Source: Macrostomum lignano
Taxonomy: Eukaryota
Assembly (NCBI GenBank): GCA_002269645.1
Contig: NIVC01001530.1
Span: 209,420 to 273,419, forward strand
Length of the DNA stretch: 64,000 bases
Direction: 5' to 3'
The position numbers and the translations under genes were made by a program. Below, piece after piece: positions 27,601 to 41,815 of the stretch. The notes under the pieces were generated by a model. The model was not told where the DNA came from, did not search any database, and worked only from the letters and a program-made list of their open reading frames with translations. Within the stretch, counting starts at the first letter, position 1; each line of letters begins with the position of its first letter.

Positions 27601-30600
27601 AGGGAGAGGCAGGGAGAGGCCAGAGTTTGCCCATACATGTTTTAGAGTCAGACAGACATTGCCTGACATTCTGCGCAGTACCCCAGACAACAATATCAAT
27701 GTTTGCCTCAAATCCTAATTTTACACGAATGTGCTTCATTTTATGTCTACCTCTATCCTACTAACTATTAACAAGTTTTTGTTTGTGTATGGCCTTAGAT
27801 TTCAGAATACATGCAAAAGTAGTTCCGGGGATTGGAATTCCCCGGGTTCAAAATCCGCGGGTTTCAACAGCTTGTCTCTCCTTCTTCTCTTCTTCTCTCT
27901 TCCTAATACTAAAACCGACGCGATGTTTGTCTGTCTGTCTGTCTGTCTGTATGTTGCAAGTGAACTCCTACAATTCTGGTAAGTCAGCGTCGAAACTTAT
28001 ATGGGAAAACTGCAAATTTTCCGGAGCAGGCTTTAGGCTATTTTAATTTTTAATTTTCACATTTTAACATCCCTAAAAAAGCATAAATCTGCTTTTTTAA
28101 CCCCCAATAACCTTCTTTGGCCACTCTGCCTGGGGCTGCAGCCAGTTTGTAAAAATAGCCACCCCAACCTCCGCCCGCGGGCCGCTGTGTATTGAGGGGT
28201 GGTGGGTGCGCGTGTTCTGGGTTCAATGCAAATAAACCCCCCCGCGTATTGGGGGGTTGAATTAAATTTAATGCTTCCCCAGAACGGGGGTTGGGCTTGG
28301 GCTGAGTGTACATAGCAGTTGTACAGTGTAAATAGATAGACTGTGTCGAGATTCATTTGGTTTTATTATTGGCAGCCCTGTGTATTAGTTTGGCAGTGAA
28401 ATTCAATGAATAAACTTGCGAGCTTCTCTAGCAAGCAGTCGGGAAATCGGTAAATTTCAAACGCTAACTGTTCCTCGAGTTTTAAACTTTGAGAGGAGAG
28501 ACTTATATTGCTGGAAAGATCTTGCAGCGCTGAGTTCGGGATATAAGTTGTATGCTTTAAATATGAAAAGAGAAAGCACCGCATTTAAAAAACTATTTCC
28601 ATACTTTTAACTTTCTGCAAAAATTGTACTCAGTTTTGCGAGACGTAATAGATAAAGTTGGGCGTATTGGAAGGGGGTCTGCCGCTGCGTATTGGAGGGT
28701 TGATTTAGATTGCGCAACCGTTTATTTAACTTTAAATAAGACTGATACTGTCTGACTGAGAAATGGTTTGCGCAATTAATTGATTCAATTAATTCAACAC
28801 GCAGCTCTATGCAGCTCTAACCCTAACCCTAACCAATGAATTCTGAGAGTTAAGTTCTTTTTGACAGAGAAAATTTCGATTGAGTCCAGTTTCACGGAGT
28901 ATTCTGATGGTTTTCGGTTTCACGGAGAGGATTTCTTTTTCGTGGAGAGAATCTAGATGTATTTCTGTTTTACGGAGACGATTTTGATGGATGTCAGTTT
29001 CACTCAGAGGATTTCCATGGAGCCCAGTTTCACGGAGAGGATTTCTGTTTCGCGGATTGGATTTCGAAAGGAGTCCAGTTTCACGGAGAGGGTTTCTGTT
29101 TCGCGGAGAGGATTTCTGTTTCGCGGAGAGGATTTCTGTTTCGCGGAGAGGATTTCTGTTTCACGAAGGGATTTTTATGGATTTGGTATCTTCAGTCAGT
29201 CAGTAAAGAGGGTAAAGAGAAGAGTGAAAAGAGAAGAGAGAAGAGATTATAGAAAAGAGAGTAGAGATGAGAGAGGACAGATTAGACATGACAGATGGGA
29301 GAGAAGAGGGGAGTAAGGCGGGAACGAAGAGGGAGAGAGAAGAAAAGAGGAGAGAGGAGATGAGAGGGAAGATATGAGATAGCAGAGGGAGACAGGAGAG
29401 ATGAGAGGAGAGAGAAGAGAGGAGCTGAGAGTAGAGGAGAAAGAAATAGTGAGATGAGGCATGAGGGATGAGAGATGAGAGAGGAGAGAAGAGAGGAGAG
29501 AGGAGAAAACAGGGGATAAAGGAGACAGGAGAGAAAGACGAAAGACGAGGGAGAAGAGATAAATAAGGTGGTAGAGATGAGAGACGTGAGAGGAGAGAAA
29601 AGAGAAGAGAGGAGACAGAAGAATCTGAGTCTGGACAATGGCAGTCAGTTTTTGCGAACAGGGAAAACAAGATATGGTATTTGAAAGGCTTTACAGAGGA
29701 TTTGGAGATGATTTGGAAGATGGGATTCAAGTCATGGAATTTCAGCTGATGGATTTCAGGGAATGGAATTCCGGTGATGGGAGTTCTTCCCCTTTCTCCT
29801 CCATCGGAGGAGTTGGCCTCGTTAATACTAAAAGTGGTGCGTTGTTTGTGTATGTATGTTGTAAGTGAACTCCTACAATACTGCCAAGTCAGCGTCGAAA
29901 CTTATATGGGAAAACTGCAAATTTTCCGGAGCAGGCTTTAGGCTATTTTAATTTTTAATTTTCACATTTTAACATCCCTAAAAAAGCAGAAAACTGCTTT
30001 TTTAACCCCCAATAACCTTCTTTGGCCACTCTGCCTGGGGCTGCAGCCAGTTTGTAAAAATAGCCACCCAACCTCCGCCCGCGGGCCGCTGTGTATTGAG
30101 GGGTGGTGGGTGCGAGTGGAAATAAAACCCCCCGCGTGTGGGGGGGGGGGGTTCAGTTAAATTTAATGCTTCCCCCAGAACGGGGGTAGGGCTTGGGCTG
30201 AGTGTACATAGCAGTTGTACAGTGTAAATAGATAGACTGTGTCGAGATTCATTTGGTTTTATTATTGGCAGCCCTGTGTATTAGTTTGGCAGTGAAATTC
30301 AATGAATAAACTTGCGAGCTTCTCTAGCAAGCAGTCGGGAAATTGGTAAATTTCAAACGCTAACTGTTCCTCGAGTTTTAAACTTTGAGAGGAGAGACTT
30401 ATATTGCTGGAAAGATCTTGCAACGCTGAGTTCGGGAATATAAGTTGTATGCTTTAAATATAAAAAGAAAAAGCACAGCATTTAAAAAACTATTTCCATA
30501 CTTTTAACTTTCTGCAAAAACTGTAATCAGTTTTGCGAGACGTAATAGATAAAGTTGGGCGTATTGGAAGGGGGTCTGCCGCTGCGTATTGGAGGGTTGA

Positions 30601-31354
30601 TTTAGATTGCGCAACCGTTTATTTAACTTTAAATAAGACTGATACTGTCTGACTGAGAAATGGTTTGCGCAATTAATTGATTCAATTAATTCAACACGCA
30701 GCTCTGTGCAGCTCTAACCCTAACCCTAACCAATCCTATATACTAAAAATGAGTTGTCTGTATGTGGGTATGTGGGTATGCGATAGATTTCAGAAAAATT
30801 GGCTCAACCGATTTTCTTCAAACTTGCACCATTCGATCAGAAATTTTCCTGGGACGGTACATGCATCTTGGCTAAGAAATTGCTCAATGTTAAAGGGATT
30901 AAATATTCGAAAAACATGCTTTTTTGCAGAGGTCAAGCAGCTCTTTCGACCTGAAATGCATTGTAAGAATGCTAGAGAAAAAACTGACTGACTGAATTCC
31001 GATTGTGATAAAGATTGCATCACAACAAGTTGAAAACAGTGCCGAAGAAATGCACACACGACTTGATTAAAATTGCGTAACCAATATTGCTAACTTGAAC
31101 TGAGACTGATACTGGCTGACTGAGAAATTGATTATGTCATAACTTTTTACTCCAATTGACTTGCTGTAAGAATTGAATTATAAGGGCCACAATTCATGTT
31201 CTCCAATTGAAAAGAGATAGCCAAGATGCGAACAGACTGGACTGCTAATGTAGCGACCTGGGTTCGAATCTTAGTAGTGCAAAAAAGATTTTTTTTATTA
31301 AAACACCTAAAAAACACAAAACTACTAAACATAAAAGAAGCGCAATGTGAAACA

Positions 31355-34300
31355 TAGAAGAGCCACCATGTCGAACATTAAAGAGCCCACATGTCAAACA
31401 TAAAAGAGCCACCATGTCAAACCTAAACGAGCCACCATGTCTAATATTTAAGAGGCACCATGTAAAACATATAAGTGACTTTATGTCAAACATAAAAGAG
31501 CCACCATTTCGAACATTAAACAGCCACCATTTCGAAAATTAAAGAGCCACCATGTCGAACATTAAAGAGCCACTATTTCGAACATTAAAGAGCCACCATT
31601 TCGAACATTAAAGAGCCACCATGTCGACCATAAAAGAGCCACTATTTCGAACATCAAAGAGCCATCATGTCAAACATAAAAGAGCCAACATGTCAAACAT
31701 AAAAGAGCCAACATGTCAAACATAAAGAGCCACCATGTCAAACATTTAAGAGCCACCATGTCAAACATATATGTGACTTTGTGTCAAACATTAAAGAGCC
31801 ACCATTTCGAACATTAAAGAGCCACTATTTCGAACATTAAAGAGCCACCATGTCAAACATGAAAGAGCTACCATTTCAAACATTAAAGAGCCACCATGTC
31901 AAACATTCAAAAGCCACATTGTCAAACATTAAAGAGCCATTATGTCGTACATTAAAGAGCCACCATTTCGAACATTAAAGAGCCACCATGTCGAACATAA
32001 AAGAGCCACTATTTTGAACATTAAAAAGCCACCATTTCGAACATTAAAGAGCCACCATTTCGAACATAAAAGAGCCACCATGTCAATCATTAAAGAGCCA
32101 CCATGTCAAACATAAAGAGCCACCATTTTGAATATTAAAGAGCCACTATGTCAAACATTTAGGAGCCACTTTGTCGAACATTAAAGAGCCACCATGTCAA
32201 ACATAAAAGAGCCAACATGTCAGACATTAAAAAAGCCACCGTACAGATATAAAAGAGTTACCATGTAGAACAAAAAAGAGCCACCATTTCGAACAAAAAA
32301 GAGCCACCATGTCAAACATAAAAGAGCCACCATGTCAAACATAAAAGAGCCAACATGTCAAACATAAAGAGCCACCATATCAAAAATTTAGGAGCCACCA
32401 TGTCAAACATATATGTGACTTTATGTCAAACATTAAAGAGCCACAATTTCGAACATAACAGAGCTACGATGTCAAACATTAAAGAGCCACCATGTCGAAC
32501 TTTAAAGAGCCACCATGTCGAACATTAAAGAGCCACCATGTCAAACATTAAAGAGCCACCATGTCGAAAATTAAAGAGCCACCATGTCTAACATTAAAAG
32601 TCACCATGTTAAACATTAAAGAGCCACCATATCAAGCATAAAAGAGCCACCATGTCAAACCTAAAAGAGCCACCATGTCGAAAATTTAAGAGCCAAAATG
32701 TAGAATATAAAAGAGCCACCATGTCAACCATATAAGTGACTTTATGTCAAATATTTAAGAGCCACCATGTTAAACCTAAAAGAGTCACCATGTTAAACCT
32801 AAAAGAGCCACCATGTTAAACCTAAAAGAGCCACCATGTCGAACACTTAAGAGCCACAATGTAAAATATTAAAGAGCCACCATTTCGAACATATAAGTGA
32901 CTTTATGTCAAACATTAAAGAGCCACCATGTCGAACATTAAAGAGCCACCATGTAAAACAAAAGAGCCACCATTTCGAACATTAAAGAGCCACCATGTCT
33001 AACATTAAAAGTTACCATGTTAAACATTAAAGAGCCACCATATCAAGCATAAAAGAGCCACCATGTCAAACCTAAAAGAGCCACCATGTCGAAAATTTAA
33101 GAGCCAAAATGTAGAATATAAAAGAGCCACCATGTCAACCATATAAGTGACTTTATGTCAAATATTTAAGAGCCACCATGTTAAACCTAAAAGAGCCACC
33201 ATGTTAAACCTAAAAGAGTCACCATGTTAAACCTAAAAGAGCCACCATGTCGAACACTTAAGAGCCACAATGTAAAATATTAAAGAGCCACCATTTCGAA
33301 CATATAAGTGACTTTATGTCAAACATTAAAGAGCCACCATGTCAAACATAGAAATGCCACCAAGTAAAATATAAAAGAGCTACCATATCAAACATAAAAT
33401 AGCCATCATGTCAAACATAAAAGAGTCATCATGTGAAACATATACGTGACTCAATGTCAAACATTAAAGAGCCACCATGTCAAACATAAATGAGACACCA
33501 TATGTCGAACATTAAAGAGCCACCATGTCAAACATTAAAGAGCCACCATGTCAAACATTAAAGAGCCACCATGTTAAACAATAAAGAGCCACCATGTCGA
33601 ACATTAAAGAGCCACTATGTCAAACATTTAGGAGCCACCATGTCAAACATTAAAGAGCCACCATGTCGAACATAAAAGAGCCACCATGTCGAACATAAAA
33701 GAGCCACCATGTCAAGCATAAAAGAGCCACCATGTCGAACATAAAATTTACACAATTTCAAACGTGAAAGTAAGCGAATTTTAAAGGAGCCACTATAATG
33801 CTAAGGAAATTGTCGCACTAGCTACTTATTGTCTGGTAGATGCTTGCTATTTGGGGATGCTTGCTATCTGAGGGATGCTTTCTATCTGGGGGATGCTTGC
33901 TATCTGGGGGATGCTTGCTATCTTGGGATGCTTGCTATCTGGGGGATGCTTGCTATCTGGGGGATGCTTGCTATCTGGGGGATGCTTGCTATCTGGGGGA
34001 TGCTTGCTATCTGGGGGATGCTTGCTATCTTGGGGATGCTTGCTATCTGAGGGATGCTTGCTATCTGGGGGATGCTTGCTATCTGGGGGATGCTTGCTAT
34101 CTGAGGGATGCTTGCTATCTGAGGGATGCTTGCTATCTGGGGGATGCTTGCTATCTGGGGGATGGTTGCTATCTAGGGGATGCTTGCTATCTGGGGGATG
34201 CTTGCTATCTGGGGGATGCTTGCTATCCGGGGGTTGCTTGCAATCTGGAGGATGCTTGCTATCTGGGGAATGCTTGCTGTCTTGGGATGATTTCTTTTTG

Positions 34301-37300
34301 CATTTCACTTCCTTTGAGTATTTTGTCTGTTTTCTTTGTGAAGGCTTTTTTGGCTATCTTTTTGTTACTTGTAGAGAACAGAGGTTCTATACAGACGTCC
34401 CCCAACGGGGGGCGAAGATTCAATTCTGATAAAGATTGCATCACAACAAGTTGAAAACAGTGCCGAAGAAATGCACACACAACTTGATTGAAATTGCGTA
34501 ACAATATTGCTAACTTGAACTGAGACTGATACTGGCTGACTGAGAAATTGATTATGTCATAACTTTCTACTCTAATTGACTTGCTGTAAGAATTGAATTA
34601 TAAGGGCCACAATTCATGTTCTCCAATTAACAAGAGATAGCGTAGATGCGAATAGACTGGACTGCTAATGCAGCGACCTGGGTTCGAATCTTAGTAGTGC
34701 AAAAAGATTTTTTTATTCTAAAACCTTAAAAACACAAAATGCTAAACACAAAAAAGCACAAAGTCAAACATTAAAGAGCCACAAGGTCGAATATTAAAGA
34801 GCCACCATGTCGAACATTATAGAGCCACCATGTCGAACATTAAAGAGCCACCATATCGAACATTAAAGAGCCATCATGTCTAACATTAAAGAGCCACCAT
34901 GTCTAACATTAAAGAGCCACCATGTCGAACATTAAAGAGCCACCATGTCAAATATTAAAGAGCCACCATGTCCAACATATATGTGACTTTATGTCAAACA
35001 TTAAAGGGCCATCATTTCAAACATAAAAGGAACACCATGTCAAATATTAAAGAGGCATCATGTCGAACATTAAAAAGCCACCATGTCAAACATTAAAGAG
35101 CCACCATGTCGAACATTAAAGAGCCACCATGTCAAACATAAAAGGACCACCATGTCAAATATTAAAGAGGCACCATGTCGAACATTAAAGAGCCACCATG
35201 TCGAACATAAAAGAGCCACAATGTCAAACATTAAAGAGCCACCATGTCGAAAATTAAAGAGCCACCATGTCCAACATATATGTGACTCCATGTCAAACAT
35301 TGAAGAGCCATCATGTCAAACATAAAAGAGCCACCATGTCAAACATAAAAGGACCACCATGTCAAATATTAAAGAGGCACCATGTCGAACATTAAAAAGC
35401 CACCATGTCGAACATTAAAGAGCCACTATGTCAAACATATATGTGACTTCATGTCAAGCAGTAAAGAGCCACCATGTCAAGCATAAAAGAGCCACCATGT
35501 CGAACATAAAAGAAGCACCATGTCGAACATAAAAGAGCCACCATGTCGAACATTTAAGAGCCACAATGTCAAACATTAAAGAGCCACCATGTCGAAAATT
35601 AAAGAGCCACCATGTCCAACATATATGTGACTCCATGTCAAACATTGAAGAGCCATCATGTCAAACATAAAAGAGCCACCATGTCAAACATAAAAGGACC
35701 ACCATGTCAAATATTAAAGAGGCACCATGTCGAACATTAAAAAGCCACCATGTCGAACATTAAAGAGCCACCATGTCGAACATTAAAGAGCCACCATGTC
35801 AAACATTAAAGAGCCACCATGTCAAATATTAAAGAGCCACCATTTCAAACATTAAAGAGCCATCATTACAGACATTAAGGTGCCACCAGGTCAAACATTA
35901 AAGAGCCATCACGTCAAACATAAAAGGACCACCATGTCCAACATCAAAGAGCCATCATGCCAAACATTAAAGTGCCACCATGTCGAAAATAAAAAAGCTA
36001 CCATGTAGAACATTAAAGGGCCATCATGCCAAACATAAAGGAGCCACCATGTCAAAAATTAAAGAGCCACCATGTCAAACATAAAAGGACCACCATGTCA
36101 AACATTAAAGAGACACCATGTCGAACATTAAAGAGCCACCATGTCAAACATAAGAAACAATTTCAAACGTAAAAGTAAGCGTCATGTCAATTTTTAAGGA
36201 GCCACTATAGAGCTAAGGAAATTGTTGCACTAGCTACTTATTGTCTGGTGGATGCTTACTATTTGGGGATGCTTGCTATCTGGGGGATGCTTGCTATCTG
36301 GGAGGGGGGATGCTTCCTATCTGGGGGATGCTTGCTATTTGGGGGATGCTTGCTATCTGGGGGATGCTTGCTATTTGGGGGATGCTTGCTATCTGGGGGA
36401 TGCTTGCTATCTGGGGGATGTTTGCTATCTGGGAGGGGGGATGCTTCCTATCTGGGGGATGCTTGCTATTTGGGGGATGCTTGCTATCTGGGGGATGCTT
36501 GCTATTTGGGGGATGCTTGCTATCTGGGGGATGCTTGCTATCTGGGGGATGCTTGCTATCTGGGGGATGCTTGCTATTTGGGGGATGCTTGCTATTTGGG
36601 GGATGCTTGCTATCTGGGGAATGCTTGCTATCTGGGGGATGCTTGCTATCTGGGGGACGCTTGCTATCTGGGGGATGCTTGCTATCTGGGGGATGCTTGC
36701 TATCTGGGGGATGCTTGCTATTTGAGGGATGCTTGCAATCTGGGGGATGCTTGCTGTCTTGGGATGATTTCTTTTTGCATTACACTTTATTTGAGCAGTT
36801 TTTTGTGTTGTCTTTGTGAAGGCTTTATTTGGCTGTCTTTTTGTTACTTGTAGAGAACAGATATTCTATCCAGATGTCCCCCAACGGGGGGCGAAGATTG
36901 CTAGTCCTATATACTAAAAATGAGTTGTCTGTATGTATGTATGTATATGGGTATGCGATTGATTTCAGAAAAAACGGCTCAACCGATTTTCTTCAAACTT
37001 GCATCATTCGATCAGAAATTTTCCTGGCACAGTACATGCATCTTGGCTAAGAAATTGCTCAATGTTAAAGGGATTAAATATTCGAAAAACACGCTTTTTT
37101 GCAAAGGTCAAGCAAAATTTTCGACTTGAAATGCATTGTAAGAATGCTAGAGAAAAAACTGACTGACTGAATTTCAATTCTGATAAAGATTGCATCACAA
37201 CAAGTTGAAAACAGTGCCGAAGAAATGCACACACGACTTGATTGAAATTGCGTAACCATATTGCTAACTCGAAGTGAGACTGATACTGGCTGACTGAGAA

Positions 37301-40300
37301 ATTGATTATGTCATAACTTTTTACTCCAATTGACTTGCTGTAAGAATTGAATTATAAGGGCCACAATTCATGTTCTCCAATTGAAAAGAGATAGCCCTGA
37401 TGCGAACAGACTGGAATGCTAATGTAGCGACCTGGGTTCGAGTCTTAGAAGCGCAAAATAATTTTTTTATTAAAACACCTTAAAAACTAAAAAACTGCTA
37501 AACATAAAAAAAGCGCAATAGAAGAGCCACCATGTCAAACCTAAAGGAGCCACCATGTCGAACATTAAAGAACCACCATGTCGAACATAAAAGAGCCACC
37601 ATATCAAACATAAAAGAGTCACCATGTTAAAAATTAAAGAGCCACCATGTCGAACATTAAAGAGCCACCATGTCGAACATAGAAGAGCCACCATGTCAAA
37701 CATTAAAGAGCCACCATTTCAAACCTAAAGGAGCCACCATGTCGAAAATTAAAGAGCCACCATGTCGAACATAAAAGAGCCACCATATCAAACATAAAAG
37801 AGTTACCATGTCAAACATTAAAGAGCCACATTGTCAAGCATTAAAGACCCACCATTTCAAACCTAAAATAGTTACCATGTCAAACATTCAATAGCCACCA
37901 TGTCAAACATTAAAGAGCCACCATGTCGAACATAAAAGAGCCACCATATTAAACATAAAAGAGTTACCATGTCAAACATTAAAGAGCCACCATGTCGAAC
38001 ATTAAAGAGCCACCATGTCAAACATTAAAGAGCCACATTGTCAAGCATTAAAGACCCACCATTTCAAACCTAAAAGAGCCACCATGTCAAACATTAAAGA
38101 GCCACCATGTCGAACATTAAAGAGCCACCTTGTCAAATATTAAAGAGCCACCATTTCAAACCTAAAGAAGCCACCATGTCGAACATACAAGAGCCACCAT
38201 GTCGAACATAGAAAAGCCACCATGTCAAACATTAAAGAGTCACCATGTCAAACATTAAAGAGCCACCGTTTCAAACCTAAAAGAGCCACCATGTTAAAAA
38301 TTAAAGAGCCACCATGTCAAACATAAAACAGACACCATTAAGAACATTAAAGAGCCACCATGTCAAATATAAAACAGCCACCATTTCGAAAATTAAGGAG
38401 CCACCATTTCAAAAATTTAAGAGCCGCTATGTTAAACATTAAAGGGCCACCTTGTCAAATATTAAAGAGCCACCATTTCAAACCTAAAAGAGCGACCCTG
38501 TCGAACATACAAGAGCCACCATGTCGAACATAAAAGAGCCACCATGTCGAACATACAAGAGCCACCATGTCGAACATAGAAAAGCCACCATGTCGAACAT
38601 AGAAAAGCCACCATGTTAAACATTAAAGAGCCAATATTTCAAACCTAAAGGAGCCACCATGTCGAACATAAAAGAGTCACCATGTTAAAAATTAAAGAGC
38701 CACCATGTCGAACATTAAAGAGCCACCATTTCAAACATTAAAGAGCCACCATGTCAAACATTAAAGAGCCACCGGTTCAAACCTAAAATAGCCACCATGT
38801 CGAACATTAAAGAGCCACCATGTCAAACATAAAACAGACACCATGTCAAACATTAAAGAGCCACCATGTCAAACATTAAAGAGCCACCGGTTCAAACCTA
38901 AAAGAGCCACCATGTCGAACATTAAAAAGCCACCATGTCAAACATTAAAGAGCCACATTGTCAAACATTAAAAAGCCACCATTTCAAACCTAAAAGAGCC
39001 ACCATGTCAAACATTAAAGAGCCACCATGTCAAACATTAAAGAGCCACCTTGTCAAATATTAAAGAGCCACCATTTCAAACCTAAAGAAGCCACCATGTC
39101 GAACATACAAGAGCCACCATGTCGAACATTAAAGAGCCACCATATCAAACATAAAAGAGTTACCATGTCAAACATTAAAGAGCCACCATGTCAAACATTA
39201 AAGAGCCACCATGTCGAACATAAAAGAGCCACCATATCAAACATAAAAGAGTTACCATGTCAAACATTAAAGAGCCACCATGTCGAACATTAAAGAGCCA
39301 CCATGTCAAACATTAAAGAGCCACCTTGTCAAATATTAAAGAGCCACCATTTCAAACCTAAAAGAGCCACCATGTCGAACATTAAAGAGCCACCTTGTCA
39401 AATATTAAAGAGCCACCATTTCAAACCTAAAGAAGCCACCATGTCGAACATACAAGAGCCACCATGTCGAACATAAAAGAGCCACCATATCAAACATAGA
39501 AGAGTTACCATGTTAAAAATTAAAGAGCCACCATGTCGAACATAAAAGAGCAACCATGTCAAACATAAAACAGACACCATTAAGAACATTAAAGAGCCAC
39601 CATGTCGAACATTAAAGAGCCACCATGTCAAATATAAAACAGCCACCATTTCGAAAATTTAAGAGCCGCCATGTTAAACATTAAAGGGCCACCTTGTCAA
39701 ATATTAAAGAGCCACCATTTCAAACCTAAAAGAGCGACCCTGTCGAACATACAAGAGCCACAATGTCGAACATAAAAGAGCAGCTATGTAGAACATAAAA
39801 GAGCCACCATGTCAAACATAAAAAAGCCACCATGTCAAACATAAAAGAGCCAACATGAAGAACATTAAAGAGCCACCATGTCGACCATTAAAAGAGCCAC
39901 CATGTCGAACATACAAGAGCCACCATGTCGAACATAGAAAAGCCACCATGTCGAACATAGAAAAGCCACCATGTTAAACATTAAAGAGCCAATATTTCAA
40001 ACCTTAAGGAGCCACCATGTCGAACATAAAAGAGTCACCATGTTAAAAATTAAAGAGCCACCATGTCGAACATTAAAGAGCCACCATGTCGAACATTAAA
40101 GAGCCACCATGTCAAACATAAAACAGACACCATGTCAAACATTAAAGAGCCACCGGTTCAAACCTAAAAGAGCCACCATGTCGAACATTAAAGAGCCACC
40201 TTGTCAAATATTAAAGAGCCACCATTTCAAACCTAAAGGAGCCACCATGTCGAACATTAAAAAGCCACCATGTCGAACATTAAAAAGCCAACATGTCAAA

Positions 40301-41135
40301 CATAAAAGAGCCACCATGTCAAACCTAAAAAAGCCACCATGTCAAACATAGAAGAGCCACCATGTCAAACATAATAGAGCCACCATGTCAAACATTAAAG
40401 AGCCACCATGTCAAACATAGAAGAGCCACTATGTCAAACATAAAAGAGCCACCATGTCGAACATAAAAGAGTCACCATGTTAAAAATTAAAGAGCCACCA
40501 TGTCGAACATTAAAGAGCCACCATGTCGAACATTAAAGAGCCACCATGTCGAACATTAAAGAGCCACCATATCAAACATAAAAGAGTTACCATGTCAAAC
40601 ATTAAAGAGCCACCATGTCGAACATTAAAGAGCCACCATATCAAACATAAAACAGACACCATGTCAAACATTAAAGAGCCACCATGTCGAACATTAAAGA
40701 GCCACCATGTCAAACATAAAAAAGCCACCATTTCGAAAATTAAGGAGCCACCATTTCGAAAATTAAAGAGCCGCCATGTTAACCATTAAAGGGCCACCAT
40801 GTCAAACATTAAAGAGCCACCATGTCGAACATAAAAGAGCCACCATGTCGAACATTAAAGAGCCACCATGTCAAACATTAAAGAGCCACCGGTTCAAACC
40901 TAAAAGAGCCACCATGTCGAACATTAAAAAGCCACCGTGTCGAACATAAAAAAGTCAACATGTCAAACATAAAAGAGCCACCATGTCAAACCTAAAAAAG
41001 CCACCATGTCAAACATAGAAGAGCCACCATGTCGAACATAAAAGAGCCACTATGTCAAACATAAAAGAGCCACCATGTCAAACATAGAAGAGCCACTATG
41101 TCAAACATAAAAGAGCCACCATGTCAAACATTCAA
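31355..41135 (+). repeat. 23-bp satellite (ATTAAAGAGCCACCATGTCGAAC)n in three blocks: ~31355-33745, ~34760-36150, ~37520-41135
   Basis: Direct reading; pseudo-ORFs repeat every 23 aa (three units). Confidence 0.95.
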
Positions 41136-41815
41136 GATATCCAATTTCAAATGTAAAGGTATAAAGCGCCATGCCAATTTAAAGGAGCCACTATAAAGCT
41201 AAGGAAATTGTCGCTCTAGCTACTTATTGTCTGGTGGATGGTTGCTATTTGGGGATGCTATCTATCTTGGGGATGCTTGCTATTTGGAGGATGCTTGCTT
41301 TCTGGGGGATGCTTGCTATCTGGGGAATGCTTGCTATCTGGGGAATGCTTGCTATCTGGGGGATGCTTGCTATCTGGGGGATGTTTGCTATCTGGGGGAT
41401 GCTTGCTATCTGGTGGATGCTTGCTATCTGAGGGATGCTTGCTATCTGAGTGATGCTTGCTATCTGGGGGATGCTTGCTATCCGGGGTATGCTTGCTATC
41501 TGAGGGATGCTTGCTATCTTGGGGTATGCTTGCTATCTGAGGGATGCTTGCTATCTTGGGGATGCTTGCTATCTGGGGGATGCTTGCTATCTGCGGAATG
41601 CTTGCTATCTGGGGAATGCTTGCTATCTGGGGGATGTTTGCTATCTGGGGGATGCTTGCTATCTGGGGGATGCTTGCTATCTGGGGGATGCTTGCTATCT
41701 GGAGGATGCTTGCTATCTTGGGGATGCTTGCTATCTGGGAAATGCTTGCTATCTGGGAGAATGCTTGCTATCTGGAGGATGCTTGCTATCTGGGGGATGC
41801 TTGTGGTCTTGGGAA
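33840..41815 (+). repeat. 18-bp minisatellite (GGGGATGCTTGCTATCTG)n in three blocks: ~33840-34290, ~36250-36770, ~41240-41815
   Basis: Direct reading; GDACYL hexapeptide pseudo-ORFs. Confidence 0.95.

Noticed and set aside
28817-28834. (TAACCC)3 as a telomere or chromosome-fusion scar
   Set aside because: Only three units, recurring at the same place in each 1.9-kb repeat (also ~30715, ~43843, ~63470).
26127-29730. Leu/Ser-rich and Glu/Arg-rich ORFs
   Set aside because: Translations of GA/CT low-complexity tracts; the same applies at 42.3-44.7 kb.
31217-31290. Functional tRNA-Ser(GCT) gene
   Set aside because: No acceptor-stem pairing and no long variable arm; kept only as a tRNA-derived cassette.
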